IMG/VR virus record: IMGVR_UViG_3300031718_000015
Location: 1 to 50,494 of that record
From: a virus
Taxonomy: Duplodnaviria; Caudoviricetes
Strand: one strand, 5' to 3'
Length of the DNA stretch: 50,494 bases
The notes under the pieces are model-generated. The model worked only from the letters and a program-made list of their open reading frames with translations. It did not search any database and had not been told where the DNA came from. The translations under genes and the position numbers were made by a program. Shown one piece after another: positions 18,671 to 27,250 of the stretch (position 1 is its first letter; each line of letters starts with the position of its first letter).

Positions 18671-18685
18671 TTGACATGTCCTCCA

Positions 18686-19600
18686 TTAACCCAGTGGGTT
18701 AGTTCCCATCCAGCCCAGCCAGCCAGACCAGCCCATTGAAAACGCGAACGCCGCTTGTACCCAGTTGGTCTCCGAGTCCTTGTCCTCGTAGTTGCTGATA
18801 GCCAGCGTTCTACGATTGAAGACCTTCACTCGATTGTACTTTTGATCTGGTCCGATGAACCAGTGTACCACATCGGTGAGATAGTCATAGACAAAAGGCT
18901 CGAGCTTGTTGCGGATGACGTTCATAGCACGATTCGCGGTGTCTGAACGGTCTGGGGATTTCAGAATCTCCATTGCGTTCCATTCTTCTTCAGCAGGAAC
19001 CACTAGCATATGTGGATCAACCTGAATCCGACGGACACCCGTCTCGTCGAAATAACGTCGGTACTGGCTCAGGGCCTGTCTCAAGCTCAAGACCGAGAGC
19101 GTTGCCGGCGTTGGCACCAAACCACCCAACAGATTGCTCTGCACACTCGCGGGGTTCTTGGTATTGGGGTGCGCGGCTGAGAACAGCGGTACACCATCAT
19201 AACCATTGGTGGTGAAACCGTTATTCCAGATGTCCGCGATTAGAACCTCCATTGTTTGCCTGGCTGAGAACCCAAGGTCACGCCCACGATCTTGAGCCAG
19301 ATTCACCAACATATCGCGAATGGCCATTTCTGAGAAACCGATTCTCAGTTTGTAGTCATTTACGGTGTAGCGAATGCTCAGACCTGGCGTAAATTGGTCA
19401 TCAGAGGCCGGTATGAACTCTGGAGTCTGGACAAACAACCCCACGCCCGCGGCAGTGAAGTCTTCCTCAAACGCCTTCGACGATGATTCCACCTTTGCCA
19501 TTTTGGTGTACTGCATCATCTTTTCACTAAAGGCGTTCATGATGGCTTTGTCTATTCCTGGGAATAGAAGCCGTTGAAATTGTGCACGAGAATTAGCCAC
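18686..19600 (-). CDS. Major capsid protein (HK97 fold, Mu gpT-like family)
   Basis: MANSRAQF..LFPGI, SSKAFEE, GYDGVPLFSAAHP, LVVP, DYLTD..WF, GW..W.GT signatures. Confidence 0.88.
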   Translation of the reverse strand: MANSRAQFQRLLFPGIDKAIMNAFSEKMMQYTKMAKVESSSKAFEEDFTAAGVGLFVQTPEFIPASDDQFTPGLSIRYTVNDYKLRIGFSEMAIRDMLVNLAQDRGRDLGFSARQTMEVLIADIWNNGFTTNGYDGVPLFSAAHPNTKNPASVQSNLLGGLVPTPATLSVLSLRQALSQYRRYFDETGVRRIQVDPHMLVVPAEEEWNAMEILKSPDRSDTANRAMNVIRNKLEPFVYDYLTDVVHWFIGPDQKYNRVKVFNRRTLAISNYEDKDSETNWVQAAFAFSMGWSGWLGWMGTNPLG

Positions 19601-19612
19601 TTGGTTCTACTC

Positions 19613-20173
19613 CTAGGCCACTGCCTGGCTCAGACGCACGACTACCCGGGCGTAAGAACCATAAGCGTTGTCAGTTGGGCGGTTGACGATGTCGATGGCC
19701 CGGAATTGAACACCAGGTCCACCGGCAACACCCAACGATTGCTTGCTCTGACGGAAGAGAGTGTTAGATAGAGCATCAATCAGATTGAAAAGACCGTTTT
19801 TGTTGCCAGTTGCGAACGTGTCGGCCATGACCTCGAAATAAACGCTAGTGTCCTCGATGCCGATGATGGCACCGCTGTAGGCGGTGAGCATTTGGTCAAC
19901 GCTCACAGGACCCTGACCGTTCATTATCGTGGGGACAGCCTCAAGTTCGAGGGCAAGCACAATGCCGTAGACCACATCATTCGGGCCGGCATGAAGCGCG
20001 TTACCATTGGCGTCCAATGTGTACGCATCGCCGACACTTATGATGGTCTCCGTCGCACTTGCCGTGGCAACACGATTAGCGAGTACCGGCCGCCGTTGGG
20101 TCTTGGCGCTTTTTATAGCGTCACCCTGAATCGGGCGGAACCCGTTTGGAGAATTGGTATTAGCGTAAGACAT
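19613..20173 (-). CDS. Capsid decoration/cement protein
   Basis: MSYANTNSPNGFRP start and DNAYGSYARVVVR end are typical of genes preceding this MCP type. Confidence 0.65.
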   Translation of the reverse strand: MSYANTNSPNGFRPIQGDAIKSAKTQRRPVLANRVATASATETIISVGDAYTLDANGNALHAGPNDVVYGIVLALELEAVPTIMNGQGPVSVDQMLTAYSGAIIGIEDTSVYFEVMADTFATGNKNGLFNLIDALSNTLFRQSKQSLGVAGGPGVQFRAIDIVNRPTDNAYGSYARVVVRLSQAVA

Positions 20174-20178
20174 AAGAT

Positions 20179-20781
20179 TTACTCGTTTTCTGGATACTCC
20201 TTGTAGCCAGGTTGTTTGGTCACGATAGGCTGACCTTTAACCTGCTCAGTCTTGCGTTGAGTAAATTCGACATCAGTCTCATCGACGGCCTTTCCCAGTT
20301 TCCGTCGAGTCTTGATGCCAGCGGTTGCCTCATCAGCACGCATTTTTTCTGCGCGCCGATAACGGGCTTCGATCCTCTTGGGGATCATGACTAAGTGCAT
20401 GTTCCCCACTTGGTGGTGACTGGTTGGCGCGGTGCCAATCGCAGGGGTCGCTAGAGAGCGGGCAGGAAGGCCCACGTCAGCTGGCTCCACCAAGGCGAAG
20501 TCTCTACCCAGATAATCACCTAATTGCTCGTCACGGATGTATTGATAGAAGAAATCGGGTTCGGGGTTAGGGAGCTTGAGTATGTTGCGTAAGCCACCCT
20601 CGTTGATGTCGACGTTGTCGTCGTCAGCGGGGACAGACCACACCCTGCCGGCCCGATTTTTGATCTGGACAATCTTAACCCCGCCGACCTCAAGCACTTC
20701 GGGGTTATGAATGGTATGACCATCAGTTTTGATGCCGTCGATGTCCATGAGCTTTTCTACTTCTTCACCAAGAGTACTCAT
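20179..20781 (-). CDS. Hypothetical head-module protein
   Basis: 200 aa between scaffold and cement genes; LKLP.P.PDFFYQYI, LVMIPK. Confidence 0.65.
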   Translation of the reverse strand: MSTLGEEVEKLMDIDGIKTDGHTIHNPEVLEVGGVKIVQIKNRAGRVWSVPADDDNVDINEGGLRNILKLPNPEPDFFYQYIRDEQLGDYLGRDFALVEPADVGLPARSLATPAIGTAPTSHHQVGNMHLVMIPKRIEARYRRAEKMRADEATAGIKTRRKLGKAVDETDVEFTQRKTEQVKGQPIVTKQPGYKEYPENE

Positions 20782-21650
20782 TGTGCATTCCCCTTAAGCC
20801 AAGAATCAACCCATTCGGCTTCATTTTTGATGTCACCACGAGCTTTGAGACGACTTACAACACCACGTGCCGCAGCCTTCTCACTGTCGCTCATCGGCAG
20901 GTCGTTGATAGACTTGGCCTTTGAATAGTCATGGGTGTCAGCCTCGACAGGATTACGCGGGGCAACTGGCCGAACCTCACGCACACCATTCTTGCCTTTA
21001 GTCTTGGCGGCACGGGCCTTGTCGATTATCACCTTCGCTGAACTCGCTGCCAGGTGAAGTGAGTCAGGGATATAGCGACCGGCCGCTTTGTTGGTGTTTT
21101 GAAATAGCTCGGTCATGACCTTCACGAATTGTGGGTCTTCGAGATAACCGTCTTCGGAGAAGTCATTCAAGACATTCTGACGGTCGGTCTCTTTGAGACT
21201 ATTGATTTGCTGACTGGATGTGAGCAGACGGCCCGTCTCGTCACGCATTCCGGCGACTTTTTTATCCGCGATCTTCTCAGCCAACTCAATAATCTTCTTA
21301 GCTGAGACCTTTGGGTCTTTATCTACTAGAGCAGCAACCACCTCATCAAGATTAATCTCGTCACCCGACGCCTTAGTCGTGTCAGATTTCTCAGCCCGCT
21401 TGGATAACTCACCGCGAAGAAACGTGATTTCAGCATCACGCTCATCGAGCTTGGTTTCTAGCGAGTCCATACGAGCGATGAGCTCGGCAGGGTCGACACC
21501 ATCGTCGGCGGTATCATCGACCTTCTCATCGTCCTTCTTCTCATCGTCAGCTTTGACCTCCTCGTGTTCTTCGGCCCCCTCACGTTCAAGGTCTATTAGC
21601 CCCTGACTCTTTTCTTCTTCTTTCTGTTCAACTTTCTCGTCTTCCATCAC
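20778..21650 (-). CDS. Capsid scaffolding protein
   Basis: Acidic N-terminus, coiled coil, C-terminal MSDSEKAAA helix; lies between portal and MCP. Confidence 0.7.
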   Translation of the reverse strand: MMEDEKVEQKEEEKSQGLIDLEREGAEEHEEVKADDEKKDDEKVDDTADDGVDPAELIARMDSLETKLDERDAEITFLRGELSKRAEKSDTTKASGDEINLDEVVAALVDKDPKVSAKKIIELAEKIADKKVAGMRDETGRLLTSSQQINSLKETDRQNVLNDFSEDGYLEDPQFVKVMTELFQNTNKAAGRYIPDSLHLAASSAKVIIDKARAAKTKGKNGVREVRPVAPRNPVEADTHDYSKAKSINDLPMSDSEKAAARGVVSRLKARGDIKNEAEWVDSWLKGNAQ

Positions 21651-21913
21651 TCACTCTCCTTTGCTTTCTTGAAAAGCACAATATGTTCATCAAATGCAGC
21701 AATCATCTTAACCGCATGAGCTACTCCACTAGCCCACTTAACCTTAGCCATCATAGCACCTGGCCGGTCTTCTTCAGCACTCAGCGCTTCTTCTGCAACA
21801 GTGGCATACATTTCTTGCATATAACGCAAGATGTGTTGCCAAATATGCCCTTGCTTAAACAACTCAATTTCATCTTTGAGCTGAGATAACTCGCTATTTG
21901 TTGGCTCTGCCAT
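21647..21913 (-). CDS. Small helical protein downstream of portal
   Basis: MAEPTNSEL..., ATG at the edge of palindrome copy 4. Confidence 0.6.
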   Translation of the reverse strand: MAEPTNSELSQLKDEIELFKQGHIWQHILRYMQEMYATVAEEALSAEEDRPGAMMAKVKWASGVAHAVKMIAAFDEHIVLFKKAKESE

Positions 21914-21937
21914 ATCTATTCCAAGATGCAATAGCTA
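21913..21937. repeat. 25-bp quasi-palindrome, copy 4
   Basis: TATCTATTCCAAGATGCAATAGCTA; spans stop codon to next start codon. Confidence 0.92.
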
Positions 21938-22363
21938 TTGTAATTGTGGTTTAATTGCTTGCACAGCAACCCGTAAACGATTGCGTTTGATCTCTTTTAG
22001 TTTGTCATGCGCCAACTGTCGTTGTGCCGGTACTATACTAGCGTCTAGTGAACGCAAAGATAAAACGATGTCTGCTTCTTCTCCTTTAACAATCAAGAAT
22101 GGACGGAGTTTGGTTAGTACATATTGAATAGCATTTAAGTCAAATATCGACCAAATAAATAAAGCTGACTTCCGTGCGGTAGCTGCATTTCTTCTTATTG
22201 AACCAACCTCAAATAAAGCCTGGAGTTCTAGTACCATTCTAGGATCAGTATTGGACACCGCCAGAGATGTTCTTAATTGTCCATGGCCACAATCATAAAC
22301 ACCTACTGTTCCTTCACCATCAAATATACCAGCAGCCCAAATATATAACTGTTCTTTATTCAT
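21935..22363 (-). mobile_element. Free-standing single-motif LAGLIDADG homing endonuclease
   Basis: YIWAAGIFDGEGTV, LAVSNTD, LRPFLIVKGEEA; start overlaps the portal stop; looks AT-richer than its neighbours. Confidence 0.85.
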
Positions 22364-24813
22364 GCAGCAATCGAACCTTCGACTCCTTCTTCTTTAGTGC
22401 CACCTTCGGCTTGGTCACCTGGATTTTGACCACCTGCTAGTCCAGGTCTAATACCCATCGCGGCCATTTGTTTGCCCATTGTGGCAGCCATGAGAGACTC
22501 TTGCTGTCTTAGAAAGGCCGCGATTTGTTGCATCTTTTGTGTTTTCTGAATATGGTCCATAAATATGGCATATGTTCGTTGATTCAAAACACGTTTAGCA
22601 TTTGGATCAACCAGCATAGCCATGTGAGCTTTTAGATGCTCGTCGAAGTTCTCATCTATGTGCGGTTCAACAATCTCACCGCGTTGCATCATTTTGTTCT
22701 CGATATTCGGGGCGGGTGATTGCTCGGGTAAGTCAGGCTTATAGAGTGGCACACCCTTATAGTTCATAGCCTTGGCAACGTGGGTAATGGCAGCATATAT
22801 AGTCTGCGGCCGCACAATACCAAGCTGTATTAAAATCTGATTCATCAAGAGCGAGAGCATATTTGTCGCAATGTCGCGTTGCAACTGGGGGTTGATTTGG
22901 TCCAGGTTCCCTGTAAGACGAAGGAGCAATTTTCCTTGAAGCCTATCCGTCTCAAAGTGTTTAACGAGCTTAACACCCTCCTCTCCGCCGACTTGAAAGA
23001 TTCGCGTCGGTGGCGCAAACTGTTGATATAAGCCAAGTATTCGATACAATAAACATCGCAACGCCCGCAGGAAACCATTGACAACATCTTCCGTACGAAG
23101 GTCAACCGCATTCGCGGTTCCGAGATATTCACTAGCAGATTGTCTTTTCGAGACAAAACTGCCTGTAGCCGCATCGTTGAGGCCGCTTTGGGCCATTCCA
23201 TACTTGTAGATGAGTCCTTCATCTTGAAAAGACCACTGAGGGTTAGCGTTGGTTTTGGGGAATGTGACACTAGCTGGATCAGCCGTGGGAAACATCTTGC
23301 CAGGTGCGATGTTATAAATGTCCTTTTGCATTCCCGCTAGTGGTTTATAAAAACCAAAAGGCATAACATTGAGAGTTCCACTATCGAGGCGCAGATTATG
23401 AATGCCATCCAGTTCCGCTTGAGTATGCCTAAGCCACTCAGGAACGCCAATAGGCAAAAACCTATTGTTCCGCTCAATAAAGCTAAACTTAACCATAGAG
23501 CGTTTGCCATCTTTGTTCAGTGCCTCCAAACGCTCGATTTTGATTAGCTCTTTAGCCTTAGGGACTATCCACGCGGCTACCTGTACGGCATCGGTGAGCG
23601 CCACCGCTGGGTCATAAACATCTGATTCCCGTCGCGGATGAATCCAACCTTCCCAGCGGTAGACCTCGATAAAGCGACGCTCATAGTTAACTGCTTGAGT
23701 ATCTCGCGAGTCAGAACCCTCCTCCTGGTCCTGAAGCTTAGTGTAGTCCATTGGGACCACTTCAGGAATCTTATTAGTGGCGGCTATTAAAATGCGTTCG
23801 TTGCGTTCACTACCAAGGTCTAGCCAAGTGCCATTCTTAAGTCCATCACGATATTCTTGAGTATCGACCCACAAGCGAAGACCATTAAAGGGTAGCTTCT
23901 CTATATCGGGATTGGTGTTGATGAAGACCAAATCCTCGCTATTGGGGATAGTGATTCTCACACCATGAAAGGTGGTTTCGCACTTGTCTGATTGAACACA
24001 CAAACGGCCATTGCGGATGCTGAATATTACTTTAGCCTTGTCAGGTTCTCCTTCATCGGGGTCTTTAACCATGACATTGAAAATGCCCTGGCCCGTTTGC
24101 GCCGCGACCTCGAAGTCCTGATTATCAAATAACAGCTCCAGCGCGGCCTGCATTTGACTCAAGATGGGCTTGCTAGTGTCGTACTCGTATTCTTTATACG
24201 TGAGTAGCTGACGTCGGTCTTTCTTCCACACAGGTATCGGGCAGCATAGACCACCAATGAGCGCCTGTTTAACAATGGCTTCCATCGCGGCTTTGAGACC
24301 GACCGCGTCATCGCGATATCTAACAATCTCGTCGAGTTCCCACTGATACCAGAGATTATTCTCCTCAAGTCCAGCGGGATTAACACTCTCGTCAAGTGCC
24401 TCAAAGCGCGCGTATAGCTCACCACCCAATAGGGCTTTAACTATCCTGGCCGCCCACTGCTGTGTCTGTACACTAGTAAATGGAACTCTTACGTTCGCGG
24501 CATCCTCATAAGGAAAGTGTTTAGGGCTGACAATAGATTCCCAATTCTTGACACACTCGACCTGATTAAGATACCACTCTCGCAGAGCAGTAGCACCATC
24601 ATAGAAGTCACGAATAATGCGCTCGACGAACCACGTAGTATCCTCATCACTCAGTGTGATACTCGCCTGCTCACGCTTGCCGCGAGCTAGAAGCGCGGCC
24701 AGTAGGGCATCGTCATTGACAGTCGTCGCTATCGAAGACTCATCCCCAGAATCTGGCCGCGCCTCATCACCGACGGCAGGGGCGCTCGAAACTATGTCAT
24801 TCTCGTCAGGCAC
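22360..24813 (-). CDS. Portal protein (P22-like)
   Basis: 817 aa; PYEDAANVRVPF, IEVYRWEG, IGVPEWLRHTQAELDGIHN..D, C-terminal Gln/Gly-rich tail; position in the head module. Confidence 0.82.
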   Translation of the reverse strand: MPDENDIVSSAPAVGDEARPDSGDESSIATTVNDDALLAALLARGKREQASITLSDEDTTWFVERIIRDFYDGATALREWYLNQVECVKNWESIVSPKHFPYEDAANVRVPFTSVQTQQWAARIVKALLGGELYARFEALDESVNPAGLEENNLWYQWELDEIVRYRDDAVGLKAAMEAIVKQALIGGLCCPIPVWKKDRRQLLTYKEYEYDTSKPILSQMQAALELLFDNQDFEVAAQTGQGIFNVMVKDPDEGEPDKAKVIFSIRNGRLCVQSDKCETTFHGVRITIPNSEDLVFINTNPDIEKLPFNGLRLWVDTQEYRDGLKNGTWLDLGSERNERILIAATNKIPEVVPMDYTKLQDQEEGSDSRDTQAVNYERRFIEVYRWEGWIHPRRESDVYDPAVALTDAVQVAAWIVPKAKELIKIERLEALNKDGKRSMVKFSFIERNNRFLPIGVPEWLRHTQAELDGIHNLRLDSGTLNVMPFGFYKPLAGMQKDIYNIAPGKMFPTADPASVTFPKTNANPQWSFQDEGLIYKYGMAQSGLNDAATGSFVSKRQSASEYLGTANAVDLRTEDVVNGFLRALRCLLYRILGLYQQFAPPTRIFQVGGEEGVKLVKHFETDRLQGKLLLRLTGNLDQINPQLQRDIATNMLSLLMNQILIQLGIVRPQTIYAAITHVAKAMNYKGVPLYKPDLPEQSPAPNIENKMMQRGEIVEPHIDENFDEHLKAHMAMLVDPNAKRVLNQRTYAIFMDHIQKTQKMQQIAAFLRQQESLMAATMGKQMAAMGIRPGLAGGQNPGDQAEGGTKEEGVEGSIAA

Positions 24814-24824
24814 TTAACAACTCG

Positions 24825-25067
24825 TCATCGTGGGTCAAGCGTAATACCACTACTCGTATTGGTGTAACAAGGTGCCTTAGCTTCCATTGGCAAGGGCACC
24901 GACGGGTCGCAGGGGCGATCCACACATGGCCCATGTTTAGGAATCGCGGCGCGAGCAGCGGCCATTTTATTAGTCTGTACATAATCACCCTGTGTTGCCA
25001 GTGCATAGATAATGTACACCGCAGCCGCGAAGGGTGGTACAAAGAGTAAGTGTCGCCAACGACTCAT
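24825..25067 (-). CDS. Small membrane protein with periplasmic Cys (possible spanin component)
   Basis: MSRWRH followed by a TM helix and three Cys; ATG overlaps the upstream stop. Confidence 0.45.
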   Translation of the reverse strand: MSRWRHLLFVPPFAAAVYIIYALATQGDYVQTNKMAAARAAIPKHGPCVDRPCDPSVPLPMEAKAPCYTNTSSGITLDPR

Positions 25068-25423
25068 CGTATTACTGGGGGTCCTTGAGTGGGCATATTT
25101 ACCACACCACCCTGAGCATTGTTGATTGTAGTTGTAGGTGGTTGAATAGCACCACAACCCAGGCCGCCATTATCGGGACCAAAAATCGGCACGTAGCTAT
25201 AGTCTAGCGTTGAGCCTTGAGTGGTAGAGGCCGTAACTGTGTCACCCTGTTTTGCTCCCACGCCGCCCATACCAGCAGCTGCCGCCACACCTAATGCAAC
25301 CAGCTGATTGCCAACTGTGGAACCCGTGATAGCAAAGGTTTGTGGCAGACCGGATGAGCAATCAAGATGAATCTTGGCGCACCCAATCACCGCCACCGCG
25401 AGCAACAGATAAAGGTATCGCAT
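25064..25423 (-). CDS. Lipoprotein (possible o-spanin)
   Basis: Lipobox MRYLYLLLAVAVIG-C; GGAGG RBS; follows the peptidase gene. Confidence 0.6.
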   Translation of the reverse strand: MRYLYLLLAVAVIGCAKIHLDCSSGLPQTFAITGSTVGNQLVALGVAAAAGMGGVGAKQGDTVTASTTQGSTLDYSYVPIFGPDNGGLGCGAIQPPTTTINNAQGGVVNMPTQGPPVIR

Positions 25424-25424
25424 T

Positions 25425-26153
25425 TCAACCTCCTGAGATAGCCGCTGCATCAGCGTTGATGTCGTCTATCGCTAAGCCATTTGGTGCCTGCCCGTTCGCG
25501 AAAAATTGCGGATTGATGCACACGGTTAATTGTGTGGCATTACGTGCGAGGGAGTCCCACGGAATGAACCGGAACGTCCCTTCTCCCCACGTCTCGATGT
25601 AAATACCATTGGCACGGCTAGCCTTCATAACTGGTATCTCATGTCCACCAATATCATCACTCGACTCGATGGCCCATGTTTGAGCGTTCTCCCATTCTTG
25701 AAAGAACTTCATGCCGACCATGAGCGGGCCGCCGATATGCAGTGCGGCCATAACGAGGTCAATGCGGGTGGGTGCGATAGCCAAGGCCGGCCCGAACTTC
25801 TGGCCTTTGATACCTACGGTTTGTAGTAACTTAAACCCCGCCGTAGGCTCTGTGCCTTGGTCACTATTGGGGTCAGTAGGGTCAAACCCGGTGAGCTTAT
25901 ACCCTGCGAGCACATCATCTGTTGTGAACTCAAGCATGTCGCCCGCGTTGGCACTTTGAACCATTAGCACCTTAGCGGCTGCTGCCCAGAAGCAATCACC
26001 ATATGTATCGTTACCAAACATCGTGCCCTTAAGTGGGACACCAGTTGACCAGTCTATCTCGTCGGGAATCGGTGGCAATGCCTGCAAATCGACATAATCG
26101 CCGAAGTGCATCTTGAAATTTAGAGAGGGTTTAAGACCTAATTTATATTTCAT
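25425..26153 (-). CDS. Papain-like cysteine peptidase, possible endolysin
   Basis: GNDTYGDCFWAA (Cys), GGHEIP (His), ETWG; lies between holin-like and lipoprotein genes. Confidence 0.7.
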   Translation of the reverse strand: MKYKLGLKPSLNFKMHFGDYVDLQALPPIPDEIDWSTGVPLKGTMFGNDTYGDCFWAAAAKVLMVQSANAGDMLEFTTDDVLAGYKLTGFDPTDPNSDQGTEPTAGFKLLQTVGIKGQKFGPALAIAPTRIDLVMAALHIGGPLMVGMKFFQEWENAQTWAIESSDDIGGHEIPVMKASRANGIYIETWGEGTFRFIPWDSLARNATQLTVCINPQFFANGQAPNGLAIDDINADAAAISGG

Positions 26154-26389
26154 TGATCACCTACTATCCCAAATCCGACTTTGATAAAGGCCTGACGAGC
26201 TTCGTACCATTTCTCAGGCGTGGTTAATACTTCGATTGCGTCCTGGCCCATTGACGCACTCGCTGACCGCCAAGTCTCGCCGCTCTCGAACTCGACTAAA
26301 ATGCCCGACACAATCAAGTCCACGGCCAGAGCCGCTGCATACTCAATATCACTGGCTTCGCCAGCTATGATTGTCAACACACGAGTCAC
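26150..26389 (-). CDS. Hypothetical protein
   Basis: 79 aa, 4-bp overlaps on both sides. Confidence 0.55.
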   Translation of the reverse strand: MTRVLTIIAGEASDIEYAAALAVDLIVSGILVEFESGETWRSASASMGQDAIEVLTTPEKWYEARQAFIKVGFGIVGDQ

Positions 26390-26721
26390 GGCCGTTTATC
26401 CTTAGCAGTTGAACCACTCGATGAGCCGTAGTAATATTGATAGACCGAGCTCACATTAGTTCCTTGAGACCCCAAGATAGTACCTAGTAACGTGGCCACT
26501 ACGGATGAAATCTTGTCTGAGTGAAATATCAATAACCACACCACTAAGCCAATAAATACTCCATAAACGCTAACCGTCCCGAGTGCGAGCTTACCACGAA
26601 TGCTATCGTCCGCAGCCGCGGGCGGGGGTGGCAATTGTTGTGTTGCCGCCTCACCTGCTTTCGCGGTCTCGGTAGTAACCTTTTCTACTACGGTTGCGGC
26701 TTTCTGGTCAGTATCAGCCAT
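26386..26721 (-). CDS. Holin-like membrane protein
   Basis: Two hydrophobic helices followed by YYYGSSSGS..KD. Confidence 0.65.
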   Translation of the reverse strand: MADTDQKAATVVEKVTTETAKAGEAATQQLPPPPAAADDSIRGKLALGTVSVYGVFIGLVVWLLIFHSDKISSVVATLLGTILGSQGTNVSSVYQYYYGSSSGSTAKDKRP

Positions 26722-26746
26722 TAGCTATTCCAAAGTGAAATAGATA
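26722..26746. repeat. 25-bp quasi-palindrome, copy 5
   Basis: TAGCTATTCCAAAGTGAAATAGATA; fills the whole gap between the stop at 26747 and the ATG at 26721. Confidence 0.92.
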
Positions 26747-26917
26747 TTAGCGAAAGCGTAAGCCGCCGCCCATGACTAGATAAACCAAGACTACAACCAA
26801 CACAATCACCAACAACCCGCTGGGTCCATAGGTGCCATAGTTATATGGCCCATACCAACCACCCCAATAGCCGCCACCACCGAATAAAAGAATCAAAATG
26901 ATAATAAGTAACAACAT
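26747..26917 (-). CDS. 56-aa two-TM Gly/Tyr-rich protein, DUF3309-like (not in ORF track)
   Basis: MLLLIIILILLFGGGGYWGGWYGPYNYGTYGPSGLLVIVLVVVLVYLVMGGGLRFR. Confidence 0.75.
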   Translation of the reverse strand: MLLLIIILILLFGGGGYWGGWYGPYNYGTYGPSGLLVIVLVVVLVYLVMGGGLRFR

Positions 26918-27216
26918 CACTTCTTCTCCTTTTCTTCTTGTCGCTGACGTTCCAAAGCAATACCTTCTCCCCGTCCTGCTTCACGAGTGCTAATAACTAA
27001 CTCGTCTTTCATGGCGTTCATTTCGTGTTTAACGGTACCTACATCTTTATGCACTCGTAAAGTAATTATGAGATTTATTACTGCCATGAGGCTCGGGATA
27101 GCCGTTAGTCCTGCTGTTATAAGCGTATCCCAATGAAAGACCTGTGTTGTAACAACAGGAACCGCGACGGTTGACGAAGCGATTAGAATTAGCTTGACTG
27201 CTAATGGATGTGTCAT
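26917..27216 (-). CDS. Membrane protein (holin/antiholin-like)
   Basis: Hydrophobic N-half and charged coiled C-tail, within the lysis-like cluster. Confidence 0.55.
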   Translation of the reverse strand: MTHPLAVKLILIASSTVAVPVVTTQVFHWDTLITAGLTAIPSLMAVINLIITLRVHKDVGTVKHEMNAMKDELVISTREAGRGEGIALERQRQEEKEKK

Positions 27217-27250
27217 GGAAGTGTTGTCACCACGCCACTTGTTAAATAGT

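Noticed and set aside
21935-22363. Group I intron or intein around the LAGLIDADG ORF
   Set aside because: The ORF abuts both neighbouring genes, leaving no room for a ribozyme core; the portal ORF is uninterrupted and no intein termini were seen.
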